From assembly GCA_964420065.1 (NCBI GenBank), contig CAYQQK010000003.1, positions 84,525-148,524 on the forward strand: a stretch of DNA of 64,000 bases. Reading direction: 5' to 3'. The position numbers and the translations under genes are program-made. The stretch comes from an uncultured Syntrophomonadaceae bacterium (GTDB taxonomy: Bacteria > Bacillota > Dethiobacteria > DTU022). Positions 10,116-19,132 of the stretch are shown in pieces. How positions within the stretch are numbered: the stretch's first letter is position 1; each line of letters begins with the position of its first letter. Under the pieces are notes generated by a model. That model saw only the letters and a program-made list of their open reading frames with translations, did no database searches and was not told the DNA's origin.

Positions 10116-11243
10116 GTGGCGGGAAGGGTTCCGCTTCAGTCAAATACAAGGCTGGCTATTTTTTTACCATCCCTTGAAGGGGGCGGGGTGCGCCGGGTTA
10201 TGGTCAACCTGGCCCGTGGTTTCAGCGCAGAAAACACTCCGGTGGACATGGTTCTGGCCCGAGCCGAGGGTTCTTACCTGGCTCAGCTTCCTGCCGCGGT
10301 GCGGGTAGTCGATCTCCGTGCACGCCGGGTTGCCCGTGCTCTCCCCGATTTGGTCCGTTATCTGCACCGCGAACGGCCCGCCGCCCTTCTAACGGCGATG
10401 GAGCATGTCGGTTTGATTGCCCTCCTTGCCCGCCGTCTTTCCGGTATTTCGGTTCGGGTAGTGGTGAGTGTCCATACCGTTTATTCCCATGAAACACGTC
10501 ATTTTCGGCATCACCACAATCGCTTCCTGGTGCCTTTCCTGGTGCGGCGTTTTTATCCCGGGGCCGGTGCGATTGTAGCAGTTTCCTCCGGGGTGGCCGC
10601 CGATCTGGTTCGGGCTACCGGTTTGTCGCGCAAACGGATCCGGGTGATTCATAATCCGGTAGTCACTACGGAGCTGCTTGCACAAATGCGCGAACCGCTT
10701 GAGCATCCCTGGTTTGCCCCGGGTGAACCACCGGTGGTGCTTTCTGTCGGGCGTCTAACGGCGGAAAAAAATTTTCCCCTCCTGCTGGAGGCATTCAGCT
10801 TTCTCCGCCGGGGCGGGCGGCGAATACGGCTGGTGATTATCGGTGAGGGGATGGAAAGGGCGAAACTGGAGACACTGGTTGCCCGGTCCGGTCTGTCGGA
10901 AGAGATTGCCTTGCCCGGGTTTGTAGCCAACCCCTATCCGTACATGGCCCGGGCGGCGGTTTTTGCCCTATCGTCCCGTTGGGAAGGATTTGGTAATGTC
11001 CTGGTCGAAGCGCTTGCAGCGGGAACGCCGGTCGTTTCGACCGATTGTCCGAGTGGACCGGCGGAGATCTTGGACGGCGGTCGCTACGGTCGTCTCACCC
11101 CGGTGGGGGATGCGGCGGCGCTGGCCGCGGCTCTGGCCGATACCCTCGATGCACCGCCGTCGCCGGCTCTGTTGCAGCGGCGTTCCGGCGATTTTACCCT
11201 GGAACGGATTTTGCCCCTTTACCGGGAGGTCCTTTACCATTAG
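10116..11243 (+). CDS. Glycosyltransferase family 4 (GT-B)
   Basis: N-terminal LAIFLPSLEGGGVRRVMVNLARG and a C-terminal E-X7-E-like region (GFGNVLVEALAAGTPVVSTD). GTG start with an AAGGGAGG RBS. Confidence 0.8.
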   Translation: MAGRVPLQSNTRLAIFLPSLEGGGVRRVMVNLARGFSAENTPVDMVLARAEGSYLAQLPAAVRVVDLRARRVARALPDLVRYLHRERPAALLTAMEHVGLIALLARRLSGISVRVVVSVHTVYSHETRHFRHHHNRFLVPFLVRRFYPGAGAIVAVSSGVAADLVRATGLSRKRIRVIHNPVVTTELLAQMREPLEHPWFAPGEPPVVLSVGRLTAEKNFPLLLEAFSFLRRGGRRIRLVIIGEGMERAKLETLVARSGLSEEIALPGFVANPYPYMARAAVFALSSRWEGFGNVLVEALAAGTPVVSTDCPSGPAEILDGGRYGRLTPVGDAAALAAALADTLDAPPSPALLQRRSGDFTLERILPLYREVLYH

Positions 11244-11349
11244 TTCCCCGGCCGGTTTCGCCGGTTTGCCCCGTCCTGCTTTATCGGGCCGTCCCTCCTG
11301 CGCACCCCGGTTTCTTCCCGGCCGATCTTGTATACCTGGACCTTCACCC

Positions 11350-12639
11350 TTGCAAACAAACCGGTTCATACGCGGAGCAATCCTGGCTTCTCTTTTCGGC
11401 ACTCTGCTGCTCACGCTCCAACTTGAGCCGGCTGTCTATTTTTTCCCCTGGCATACCGCCGGGATGATCGTTTTACAGGTTACGATTTTCCTTTTTGCTT
11501 TGCCGTTTATCCGCTTCCCTACAGGACGCCTGCCTCTTTTTTTCCCCGCGCTATGGGGTGCCCTTTTCCTATGGGCCGTTATTTCGGTTTTCTGGAGCAC
11601 CGCCCCCGGGACTACATTGCAGCATGCACTGACGGTTTTTCCGACACCGGGTTTAACTTTGTTATTGGTCTATTGCGACCGTGACCCTGCAGCCACTTTC
11701 TGGTGTTTTGCGCGGGGGATGACCTGGTTTGGGACCTTTCTGGCAACGGTAGGGCTGCTCCTTTTTCTGGTCGGTGACCCAATTGTCCTCAGCCAGTGGG
11801 AAGGACTGCAGGCCGTGCAGATGGGGCCGGTGCGGCTGGCCCAGGCGGTTCATTACCTGGCCGGATGGTCGCGCATTTCCTCTCTGACCGGCGATCCGAA
11901 CACGCTTGCCCTCTGGCTGGCCTTTTCACTGCCGTGCACCGGGTTGCTTTACGTCTCGAAACGGCTCCGCCCGGCCGGTTTTATTTGCCTGGCGATGGTG
12001 CAAAAAATTGCTTTAGCTTTTACCCTTTCCCGGGCCGGAACCGGGATGGCCCTGCTCGGCCTTGCCCTGGCCTACCTCTTTTTAGGGCGGGATGCCGGAG
12101 GTAAGTATATGCGGGCGCTGGCCCTGATCATGGTTTTGGTGGCGGCACTACTGTTCGCCAATGAATACCTATTGTTTCCTCCCGATGGCGGCGGAACTTC
12201 TGTTTTGTTCAATAATTCGCTTGGATTGCGGGAAGATGCCTGGCGACTGGCCCGGGGGGCGTTTTTTCAGAACCCTTTCACCGGGAACGGTTTTGGTACG
12301 GCTGCGGATTTTTTGCAAAAAGCAGGTTTAAATCTATTCCACCTGCATAATGTCTATTTCAGCATTCTTCTCGAAAGCGGGCTGCTCGGGCTGGTGTTGT
12401 TTTTGATATTCTGGCTGGGGGCCATGGCTTTGGCTGTCTGGAAATGTTGCCGTCTCAGCACTGCTTTTCCTCCGGGCGCCGCTTTGTCCGACAGCACGAT
12501 TGCCCTTTTTGGGGTGATGGTATTATTGTTGCCACTGATCTTGCACCAGGTATTTGAAACCATGCTTCTACGGACCAATTTCCATACCCTGCTCTGGCTT
12601 TACCTGGCCGGGTTTGCCTCTCATCCGCGTCTAGGTTGA
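11350..12639 (+). CDS. O-antigen polymerase/ligase family membrane protein (Wzy/WaaL-like), paralog 1
   Basis: Polytopic membrane protein with a large periplasmic loop (QWEGLQAVQMGPVRL...SSLTGDPNTLALW). Start placed at TTG 11350 by alignment to paralog 2; the longest ORF from 10963 overlaps GT4 and is rejected. Confidence 0.6.
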   Translation: MQTNRFIRGAILASLFGTLLLTLQLEPAVYFFPWHTAGMIVLQVTIFLFALPFIRFPTGRLPLFFPALWGALFLWAVISVFWSTAPGTTLQHALTVFPTPGLTLLLVYCDRDPAATFWCFARGMTWFGTFLATVGLLLFLVGDPIVLSQWEGLQAVQMGPVRLAQAVHYLAGWSRISSLTGDPNTLALWLAFSLPCTGLLYVSKRLRPAGFICLAMVQKIALAFTLSRAGTGMALLGLALAYLFLGRDAGGKYMRALALIMVLVAALLFANEYLLFPPDGGGTSVLFNNSLGLREDAWRLARGAFFQNPFTGNGFGTAADFLQKAGLNLFHLHNVYFSILLESGLLGLVLFLIFWLGAMALAVWKCCRLSTAFPPGAALSDSTIALFGVMVLLLPLILHQVFETMLLRTNFHTLLWLYLAGFASHPRLG

Positions 12640-12803
12640 GAGAATACGGACTTGTGTTTTTTGCTCTTTTTCCCCCGATTGTCCGGGGCAGGACTGGAGC
12701 GAACACTGGTCGAAGTAATGACTTTGTCCCGCGGCACGGACCGGCCTGCGTTTCCGGTAACGATACGGCGGGGTAAATCATTTGACGGAACAGGAGTAAC
12801 ACC

Positions 12804-14120
12804 ATGGCCCGGTATGATCGTACCATCCCTGGAGAAACCCTGCGGCTTACACCCCGTCTAGGGGTGCTTCTTTCTCTTGGCGGCACGTTCCTTTTCAGCC
12901 TGGAGCTCTCCCCCGGGAAACCGCTGGTGCCCGGAGTGACCGTTGTCATGCTTGCCTTCCAGTTGCTCCCATTTGTCTTTCTGGCCGCTGTGTTGCCGAC
13001 CATACGTCTCCGCCTGGGCGGGATCACCTCTCTGACCCTCTTTTCAATGCTTGCATTCTTCTTCTGGGCGGTGTTTACTTCTTTCTGGAGTGAGCTGGCA
13101 GATCTGTCTTTGCGCCGGGCCCTGCTTGTTTTCGTTCCGGTACTGCTGCTGCTTTTGCTGGTTTATTGTGATCAAGCCCCCCTGCGCACCTTCTGGGTTT
13201 TTGCCCGGGGTATGGCCGCGGCGGGCTTGCTCCTTTCTCTGAGCGGTCTTTTCCTTTACTGCTGTGGCAAGACTATCTATCTCAACCAGTGGGAAGGAAT
13301 CCAGATGTTTCAGTTGGGGCCGCTCAAACTGGTACAGGTTTTTCACACCCTTTCTTCTTTTATCCGCATCTCTTCGCTAACCGGCAATCCCAACACCCTG
13401 GCCGCTTACCTCATGGTTTCCCTGGTGCTTACACTGGCTCTTTTCGCTGCCAGGCATATCTCTATGGCCGGATTCCTGTTTTTGAGCGGTGTACAGGGGC
13501 TGGCTCTGTTACTAACCTTTTCCCGGGCCGGTGTTGGGTGCACGGTGATCGCGGCGGCCATTTATTTCCTTTTTACGGCTCGGGGAGGGCACGCGAAAAT
13601 AATTCGGATCACGCTCACGGCGCTGATTGTGCTGGTCTTGCTATTTTTCCTGTTCGGGTTTTTATCACAGGAATTGGAAGGGGCGTTCCTGCAGCGCACC
13701 ACAGCGCTTTCGTTGCGGGAATATTCCTGGAGTCTGGTCTGGAGGGCCTTTCTGGAACGACCGTTTACCGGGGTGGGTTACGGGGTTTCGTTCGAACGGA
13801 TTCTGGAACCGGCCGGTATTGTGCGCCGTACGCATAACGCCCATCTCGGGGTTTTAAGCGAAACCGGTTTAGGCGGCTATATGCTGTTCATGGGCGTATG
13901 GTTGCTGGGGGTGGGGCAGGGGTTTTTGCGAGCCCGGCGTTTTTCAGGGCATGATACCGCCGGTGCGGCTTTTGCCGCTTCCTTTGCTTTGCTCACAGTT
14001 CTTTTGTTGCACCAATTCTTTGAAAACCTCATTCCTCGCTACGGTTTTCACACAGTTTACTGGATCTACTTGCTTGCCCTGGCAACCCATCCGAATATTT
14101 TGGGGGAGGACGGCTCATGA
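12804..14120 (+). CDS. O-antigen polymerase/ligase family membrane protein (Wzy/WaaL-like), paralog 2
   Basis: Shares collinear blocks with paralog 1 (LLLVYCDQAPLRTFWVFARGM, QWEGIQMFQLGPLKL, SSLTGNPNTLAAY, LHNVYF/THNAHL). ATG 12804 with a GGAG RBS. Confidence 0.7.
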   Translation: MARYDRTIPGETLRLTPRLGVLLSLGGTFLFSLELSPGKPLVPGVTVVMLAFQLLPFVFLAAVLPTIRLRLGGITSLTLFSMLAFFFWAVFTSFWSELADLSLRRALLVFVPVLLLLLLVYCDQAPLRTFWVFARGMAAAGLLLSLSGLFLYCCGKTIYLNQWEGIQMFQLGPLKLVQVFHTLSSFIRISSLTGNPNTLAAYLMVSLVLTLALFAARHISMAGFLFLSGVQGLALLLTFSRAGVGCTVIAAAIYFLFTARGGHAKIIRITLTALIVLVLLFFLFGFLSQELEGAFLQRTTALSLREYSWSLVWRAFLERPFTGVGYGVSFERILEPAGIVRRTHNAHLGVLSETGLGGYMLFMGVWLLGVGQGFLRARRFSGHDTAGAAFAASFALLTVLLLHQFFENLIPRYGFHTVYWIYLLALATHPNILGEDGS

Positions 14121-15136
14121 CGCCGGCGGGCCGTTTTGCAACACGGGATGGATTTACCGTTTCGGTGATCATCCCGACCCGCGATCGTCCGGATCTGCTA
14201 GCGCGTACACTAAAAAGCGTTTTTGCCCAAACTCGACCGCCGGACGAAATTATTATCGTGGACGACGCCTCGACCATGCCGCTTCATAACGTGTTCAGTG
14301 CTTTTTCACCCTCCAGGGAGGAAAAACCCGGGGCAAGGCGGGGCTCGTTTTACTACCGGTTGGCATCCCGCGGTGTTTCCTTACCCGTTCCCCGGCTGCT
14401 CTGGCACAGACTGGCCCGCCCCCTGGGTGGCGGTGCAGCCCGAAATACCGGGGCGGCGCTTGCCCGGGGGGATATCCTGATGTTTCTTGATGATGATGAC
14501 ACCTGGCTGCCGGAGAAAACGGCCCGGCAGTTGGCTGTTTTCAGGGATAACTCCGACGTGGGTCTGGTCTATTCCGGCCGTCGGGTAGTGGATGAGCAGG
14601 GCCGACTCATTTTTACCGTTTATCCCGAAGCAGCGGGAGCGGTGCACCGTCTTTTGCTGCAGCGCAATGTAATCGGTGTTACCTCGGCGGTAGCCTTGCG
14701 CCGTAAAGTCTTCCACGACGCCGGTGGGTTTGACCCGGAATTGCCGGCCCGCCAGGACTACGATTTGTGGATTCGCGCCGCCGGGCTGGCTCCGGTTGCT
14801 TTCGATGGCGCGGCTACCGTGAATTGGATGGTACACAGTAAACCCGGGAGGCAGGTTTCCAGCCGTCCGGACAACTACCGCCGGGCGATTGAGATCATCT
14901 TTGGAAAGTACCGCCAAGCGTTTGCCACCCTTGAACCGGTCGAGCGCCGCCGTGCTTTTGCCTCCCAGTACGTGGTTTTGGCCGAGAAATATGGACAGGC
15001 CGGGCGTTTCCCGGCCCAGGCGGCAACGGCCTTGAGAGCCCTGGCCATTCACCCTTCACCGGCTGCCCTTTCCCGCCTGCTGCCGTATCCACTCTGGCTC
15101 AAGCTGCGCCGCCTCCTTGAACAACGGCGAACTTGA
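14117..15136 (+). CDS. Glycosyltransferase family 2 (GT-A)
   Basis: VSVIIPTRDRPDLLARTLKSVFAQT...DDAS...GGGAARNTGAALARGDILMFLDDDD. ATGA overlap with the upstream gene. Carries an ~30-aa insertion between the DDAS and AARNTG blocks. Confidence 0.8.
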   Translation: MTPAGRFATRDGFTVSVIIPTRDRPDLLARTLKSVFAQTRPPDEIIIVDDASTMPLHNVFSAFSPSREEKPGARRGSFYYRLASRGVSLPVPRLLWHRLARPLGGGAARNTGAALARGDILMFLDDDDTWLPEKTARQLAVFRDNSDVGLVYSGRRVVDEQGRLIFTVYPEAAGAVHRLLLQRNVIGVTSAVALRRKVFHDAGGFDPELPARQDYDLWIRAAGLAPVAFDGAATVNWMVHSKPGRQVSSRPDNYRRAIEIIFGKYRQAFATLEPVERRRAFASQYVVLAEKYGQAGRFPAQAATALRALAIHPSPAALSRLLPYPLWLKLRRLLEQRRT

Positions 15137-15250
15137 AGTAGCAGCAGGAACCGGGTTAGCCGGGGGGAAAACCGGTTCTATCCCTGTCCGCCTCCGGTAA
15201 AGATTTGTCTTTCCCTTTCAGGGGACTCAATACCACCAAGGAGACTTGTT

Positions 15251-16648
15251 TTGAGTTCTTACAGCAAATTCGAACGCGCCGCGGCCGGTCTCCTCGAGGT
15301 CCTGCCGGGGGTAAAACCGGTCCTCAAACAGGCCTACCAACGCTTGAACTATCTTTTCTTCCGGGAACGGGGGTTTCGTTTTGCGCTCCACCCCGGGGTG
15401 CGCCTCATGACCCCGACCGAATGGGCCGGAATCGAAGCCGGAGCTGAGTCCAGGGAAGAGCTTTTTTTCGGATACTATGACAAATCGCCTTGGTCCCCGG
15501 ACGGCACCCGTTTTCTTTGCCACCGCCTGGTCCCACCGGATTCCGGTGCTGCCGGGCCTGCAGTTGAAATCATGCTCTACGATCGTGCGGCCCGCTGCAC
15601 CCGGGTCCTGGGCCGCACCGTAGCCTGGAACCTACAACAGGGGGCGATGTTGCAATGGTTGCCTGGAAGCGCGGGTCGCAAGATCCTTTTTAATGACCGG
15701 GTGGAGGGAAAACTTGCTGTCCGTATTCTGACCCTGCCCCCGGCTTCCGGTTTTCCCTTATCCGCCGAAAAACGGGTACCGAATTCCGGCCAAAACTGCA
15801 ACGGCAGCATTGAAAGTTCGATTCCCTGGCCGGTCCAGGCGGTCCATCCGGCCGGTCGGGAAGCGCTAACCCTTAACTACCGCCGTTTGGCGGCGTTGCG
15901 TCCCGAATATGGCTACGCCGTTGCGGCCGAAAACTTTGCTCCGGACCAGCCTTCGGCGGAAGACGGAATTTGGCGCATCGATCTGAATACGGGCCGGGGG
16001 AAGCTGGTTCTGAGTCTGGATTTCCTGGCTGCTTACCGGCCCCGTCCGGAAATGGAGAATGCGCGGCACAAGGTCAACCACCTTCTTTATTCACCCGGGG
16101 GCAGCCGGTTTGCTTTTGTGCACCGCTGGTTTGGGCCACGAGGAAAGTCTTCTCGCCTCTATACCGCCGTTTCGGATGGATCCGGGTTGCGCCTGCACCT
16201 CGATCAGCGTATGGTTTCCCACTATTGCTGGTTCGATGAAGAGCGCCTTCTGGTCTGGGGACGCGCTCCGGAAGCGGGGGACCATTATTACTGCGTAAAC
16301 ATGGCCACGGGGGAGCGCGAAATAGTTGGATCGGGTCTGCTTGACCGCTACGGTGACGGCCACCCCAATTTTTCTCCGAACGATCAATGGATTCTTACCG
16401 ACAGTTACCCCGACCGGCGGCGTCAGCGCCGCCTGCTGCTCTACCGTCCACAAACGGGCACCCTGATCGAGGCGGGTCGGTTTCTGGAGCCTTGGAAGTT
16501 CAACGGACCGGGCCGTTGTGACCTGCACCCTCGCTGGAATCACAGTCAAAACGGTGCCGGCCTGGTCTCATTCGATTCCACCCATAGCGGCCGCCGCGGG
16601 ACCTATATCCTTGATCTGAATGCCATTATGGATGGTTTTACCACCTGA
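15251..16648 (+). CDS. Beta-propeller protein, oligogalacturonide-lyase-like (PF14583-like). Function not established.
   Basis: PD40-like repeats (YYDKSPWSPDGTRF, HPNFSPNDQWILTDSY resembling the Ogl C-terminus HPHPSFTPNDDGVLFTSDF). TTG start with an AAGGAGA RBS. The family assignment is from memory, so uncertain. Confidence 0.45.
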   Translation: MSSYSKFERAAAGLLEVLPGVKPVLKQAYQRLNYLFFRERGFRFALHPGVRLMTPTEWAGIEAGAESREELFFGYYDKSPWSPDGTRFLCHRLVPPDSGAAGPAVEIMLYDRAARCTRVLGRTVAWNLQQGAMLQWLPGSAGRKILFNDRVEGKLAVRILTLPPASGFPLSAEKRVPNSGQNCNGSIESSIPWPVQAVHPAGREALTLNYRRLAALRPEYGYAVAAENFAPDQPSAEDGIWRIDLNTGRGKLVLSLDFLAAYRPRPEMENARHKVNHLLYSPGGSRFAFVHRWFGPRGKSSRLYTAVSDGSGLRLHLDQRMVSHYCWFDEERLLVWGRAPEAGDHYYCVNMATGEREIVGSGLLDRYGDGHPNFSPNDQWILTDSYPDRRRQRRLLLYRPQTGTLIEAGRFLEPWKFNGPGRCDLHPRWNHSQNGAGLVSFDSTHSGRRGTYILDLNAIMDGFTT

Positions 16649-16718
16649 AGGGTTTGTTCCACCAAAACAAGAAGTCTATCTTGTTCAAACAAAATTCCGA
16701 AGGGGGAGGGTTTGCAGG

Positions 16719-17549
16719 GTGGATAGGGATAGTTTTGACTCTTTTGATACACCGGGAGTCACCGTAGGCATCCCCTTCCACGCCAAAACAGATCCGGCCC
16801 ATTTTCGTCTGGCCGTTGATTCGATCCTGAGCCAGACCTGCCGCCCGACGACGATACACCTGGTCCAGGACGGCCCGGTTGCTACGGCGTTGGCCGCGGC
16901 AGCCCGGGAATATGCCGCTGCCGATCGGAAGATCCGGTTACTGGTGCTTCCGATCAATTCGGGTCTGCCTCTGGCTCTGAATCTTTCTATCCTTGCCGGT
17001 CACACCCGCTATTATGCGCGCATGGATTCAGACGACATCGCCCACCCGGAACGGTTGGCCCGGCAAACCGCCTTCCTGGACCAAAACCCCCGGGTGGATA
17101 TTGTCGGCACCGGGGCGATTGAGTTTATGGAGGATCCCCACCGGGAAAAGGGCATACTCAAGCAAATGCCTTCTGATCAAGCCGGCATCAGGAAAATGTT
17201 CCATTACCGGGATCCCTTTGTTCATCCTTCGGTCATGTTCCGGCGCTCGGTTTTTGCCCGCACCGGCCTTTACGATCCCCGTTTCCGTACCAACCAGGAT
17301 ACCGAGCTGTGGGCGAGGGCCCTGAAGTGTGGGGTGGGGGTAGCCAACCTCCCGGAACCGTTGCTTTATTTCCGTACGGTGGGAATGGTTCGTAAACGGG
17401 CGGATCTGGGCGCAGTACTACGGTTGGTCCGGGCCCGTTACCGTTTCAACACCTGGTCGCCGCCGCTCAACTGTTTAAAGATCGCTGCCCTGTTATTTCG
17501 TTTTTTGCCGCATGGGGTACAGTTATGGGGTTACCGTAAACTGCGTTGA
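16719..17549 (+). CDS. Glycosyltransferase family 2
   Basis: VTVGIPFHAKTDPAHFRLAVDSILSQT...MDSDDIAHPERL (DxD). GTG 16719 after GGGGGAGGG; the upstream part of the ORF overlaps the previous gene. Confidence 0.75.
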   Translation: MDRDSFDSFDTPGVTVGIPFHAKTDPAHFRLAVDSILSQTCRPTTIHLVQDGPVATALAAAAREYAAADRKIRLLVLPINSGLPLALNLSILAGHTRYYARMDSDDIAHPERLARQTAFLDQNPRVDIVGTGAIEFMEDPHREKGILKQMPSDQAGIRKMFHYRDPFVHPSVMFRRSVFARTGLYDPRFRTNQDTELWARALKCGVGVANLPEPLLYFRTVGMVRKRADLGAVLRLVRARYRFNTWSPPLNCLKIAALLFRFLPHGVQLWGYRKLR

Positions 17550-17594
17550 ACGGTCCTTTGTGCGGGGTTTCGTTTCATCCCCTTGTACACAATA

Positions 17595-17620
17595 AAAGCC
17601 GGTTTGATCAAACCGGCTTT
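17595..17620. terminator. Bidirectional intrinsic terminator between GT2 and csp
   Basis: Perfect palindrome AAAGCCGGTTTGA/TCAAACCGGCTTT flanked by T/A runs on both strands. Confidence 0.6.
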
Positions 17621-17663
17621 ATTTGCCTAAACGTTGAAAGCCTGATTCGAGGTTGGCCCGAAT

Positions 17664-17861
17664 CTATACCTTCACCACGTTGGCGGCCTGGGGCCCGCGG
17701 TTTCCTTCGACCACGTCGAACTCTACAACCTGGCCTTCTTCCAGGGTTTTAAAACCTTCCTCTTTGATTTCCGAATAGTGCACAAATACATCCCTGCCAT
17801 TATCGACTTCAATGAACCCGTACCCTTTTTCAGGGTTAAACCATTTAACTCGGCCTTGCAT
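17664..17861 (-). CDS. csp: Cold-shock protein (CspA family)
   Basis: [19 protein letters not shown]...DVFVHYSEI with RNP1/RNP2 motifs. 65 aa. Confidence 0.9.
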   Translation of the reverse strand: MQGRVKWFNPEKGYGFIEVDNGRDVFVHYSEIKEEGFKTLEEGQVVEFDVVEGNRGPQAANVVKV

Positions 17862-18138
17862 TAAGACGTACTACCTCCTAAATCTCCTTGAACGGAGTTA
17901 TTACGTAGAACTTTAGCATATTTAAAATATAAATGCAAGATCTGCTGAAAATGTTTTCGAAAGGCTCAGTCATCGGTACGGTGCGGTATGGAAGCAAGTG
18001 TTTGGGGATAAAACTGTATTGGGGAAAGGAAATGCTTCCTGCAGGGGCGAAAAATAATATGGGAGGTGCCGGCGGGAGCTGGCTGCAAGTTCGCGCGGCT
18101 TTACGCCAGCCGGACCCGGATGGGAGGTGTAAGGGAAA

Positions 18139-18516
18139 ATGGTTCTTGGGGTGGGGGTAGACCTGGTTTCCATGCGGCGGATCGAACGGGTTTACCGGCG
18201 ACGCCCGCAGCGCTTTCTGCAGCGGTTGTTTACCGGCCGCGAACGGGCGCTTTTACAAAAACGCCCACGACCGGTCCCGGCCCTGGCGGCTCGCTTTGCC
18301 GCCAAGGAAGCGGTTTTAAAGGCCCTGGGCTGCGGTATCGGACCGGCCGGGCTGGCCGAAATAGAGGTGCTGGCGGACCGCGGCCGCCCTCCGGAGGTGT
18401 TTCTGCACGGGCATGCCGCCCGAATCGCTGCCGCAAAAGGGGTTGCCGCCGTTGCTGTTTCAATGACCCATGATCCTCCCTTTGCCGCGGCCATGGCCGT
18501 TATTACCGGAAAATAA
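18139..18516 (+). CDS. acpS: Holo-[acyl-carrier-protein] synthase
   Basis: MVLGVGVDLVSMRRIERV...FAAKEAVLKALG is the AcpS signature. Confidence 0.8.
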   Translation: MVLGVGVDLVSMRRIERVYRRRPQRFLQRLFTGRERALLQKRPRPVPALAARFAAKEAVLKALGCGIGPAGLAEIEVLADRGRPPEVFLHGHAARIAAAKGVAAVAVSMTHDPPFAAAMAVITGK

Positions 18517-18699
18517 CGAAAAATGCAAGGTTCCTACCGAGCTGATCCCGACTACGGCTCACCCGAAAAAGATAAACAGTTTTGCTTTTTTTGATATTGC
18601 TCGGGTTCTGATTATGGCATATAATATTAACACTCGTTAACGGTGACGGTTACTGTTTTAATCCCGAGTAAACCAATCAGGATTAACGGGAGGATAGTG

Positions 18700-19110
18700 A
18701 TGCGTCTTTCAGCAAAGGTGGAATATGCGGTCCGGGCCATGGTCGTTCTGGCCTTTCATCATTCCGAGGAGGCCTTGCCGTTGCGGGAAATTGCCCGGCG
18801 GGAAACGCTCTCCTTTTCCTTTTTGGAACAGATCTTTATTTCCCTGCGGCGTTGCGGCCTCGTTTCCAGCGTCCGTGGGGCGCGGGGCGGTTACCGCTTG
18901 GCCCTTGATCCGGCATCAATCAGAATTGGCGATATCGTGCGGGCGGTGGAGGGGCCGATTACACCGATCAACTGCCTTGAACACCAGCAAAAAAAAGCCT
19001 GTTTCCGTAGCGGCAACGAGGTTTGTTTGACCCGGCATGTCTGGGAAAAACTACGCGACTGCATCAACGAAGTCCTGGATGGAGTAACCCTGGTTGATCT
19101 AATGAATTAA
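18700..19110 (+). CDS. iscR: Rrf2-family regulator, IscR-like
   Basis: HTH (AKVEYAVRAMVVLA) and three Cys (C-X8-C-X5-C: NCLEHQQKKACFRSGNEVC) for an Fe-S cluster. ATG 18700 after GGAGG. Directly upstream of nifS-iscU. Confidence 0.8.
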   Translation: MRLSAKVEYAVRAMVVLAFHHSEEALPLREIARRETLSFSFLEQIFISLRRCGLVSSVRGARGGYRLALDPASIRIGDIVRAVEGPITPINCLEHQQKKACFRSGNEVCLTRHVWEKLRDCINEVLDGVTLVDLMN

Positions 19111-19132
19111 TCATCCTTGGGGGGATAACCGC

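Noticed and set aside
10963-11349. Upstream extension of the first Wzy-like ORF (ORF-track start 10963)
   Set aside because: It overlaps the 3' 280 nt of the GT4 gene in another frame, and the stretch after the GT4 stop encodes a Pro/Arg-rich, non-membrane sequence. Alignment with paralog 2 supports the start near TTG 11350.
18659-18685. TAATCC-N15-GGATTA inverted repeat in the iscR 5' UTR as a possible Rrf2/IscR box
   Set aside because: Only 6-bp arms, not matching the known IscR type-1/2 motifs that I can recall, and located downstream of the likely -10. Probably coincidental.
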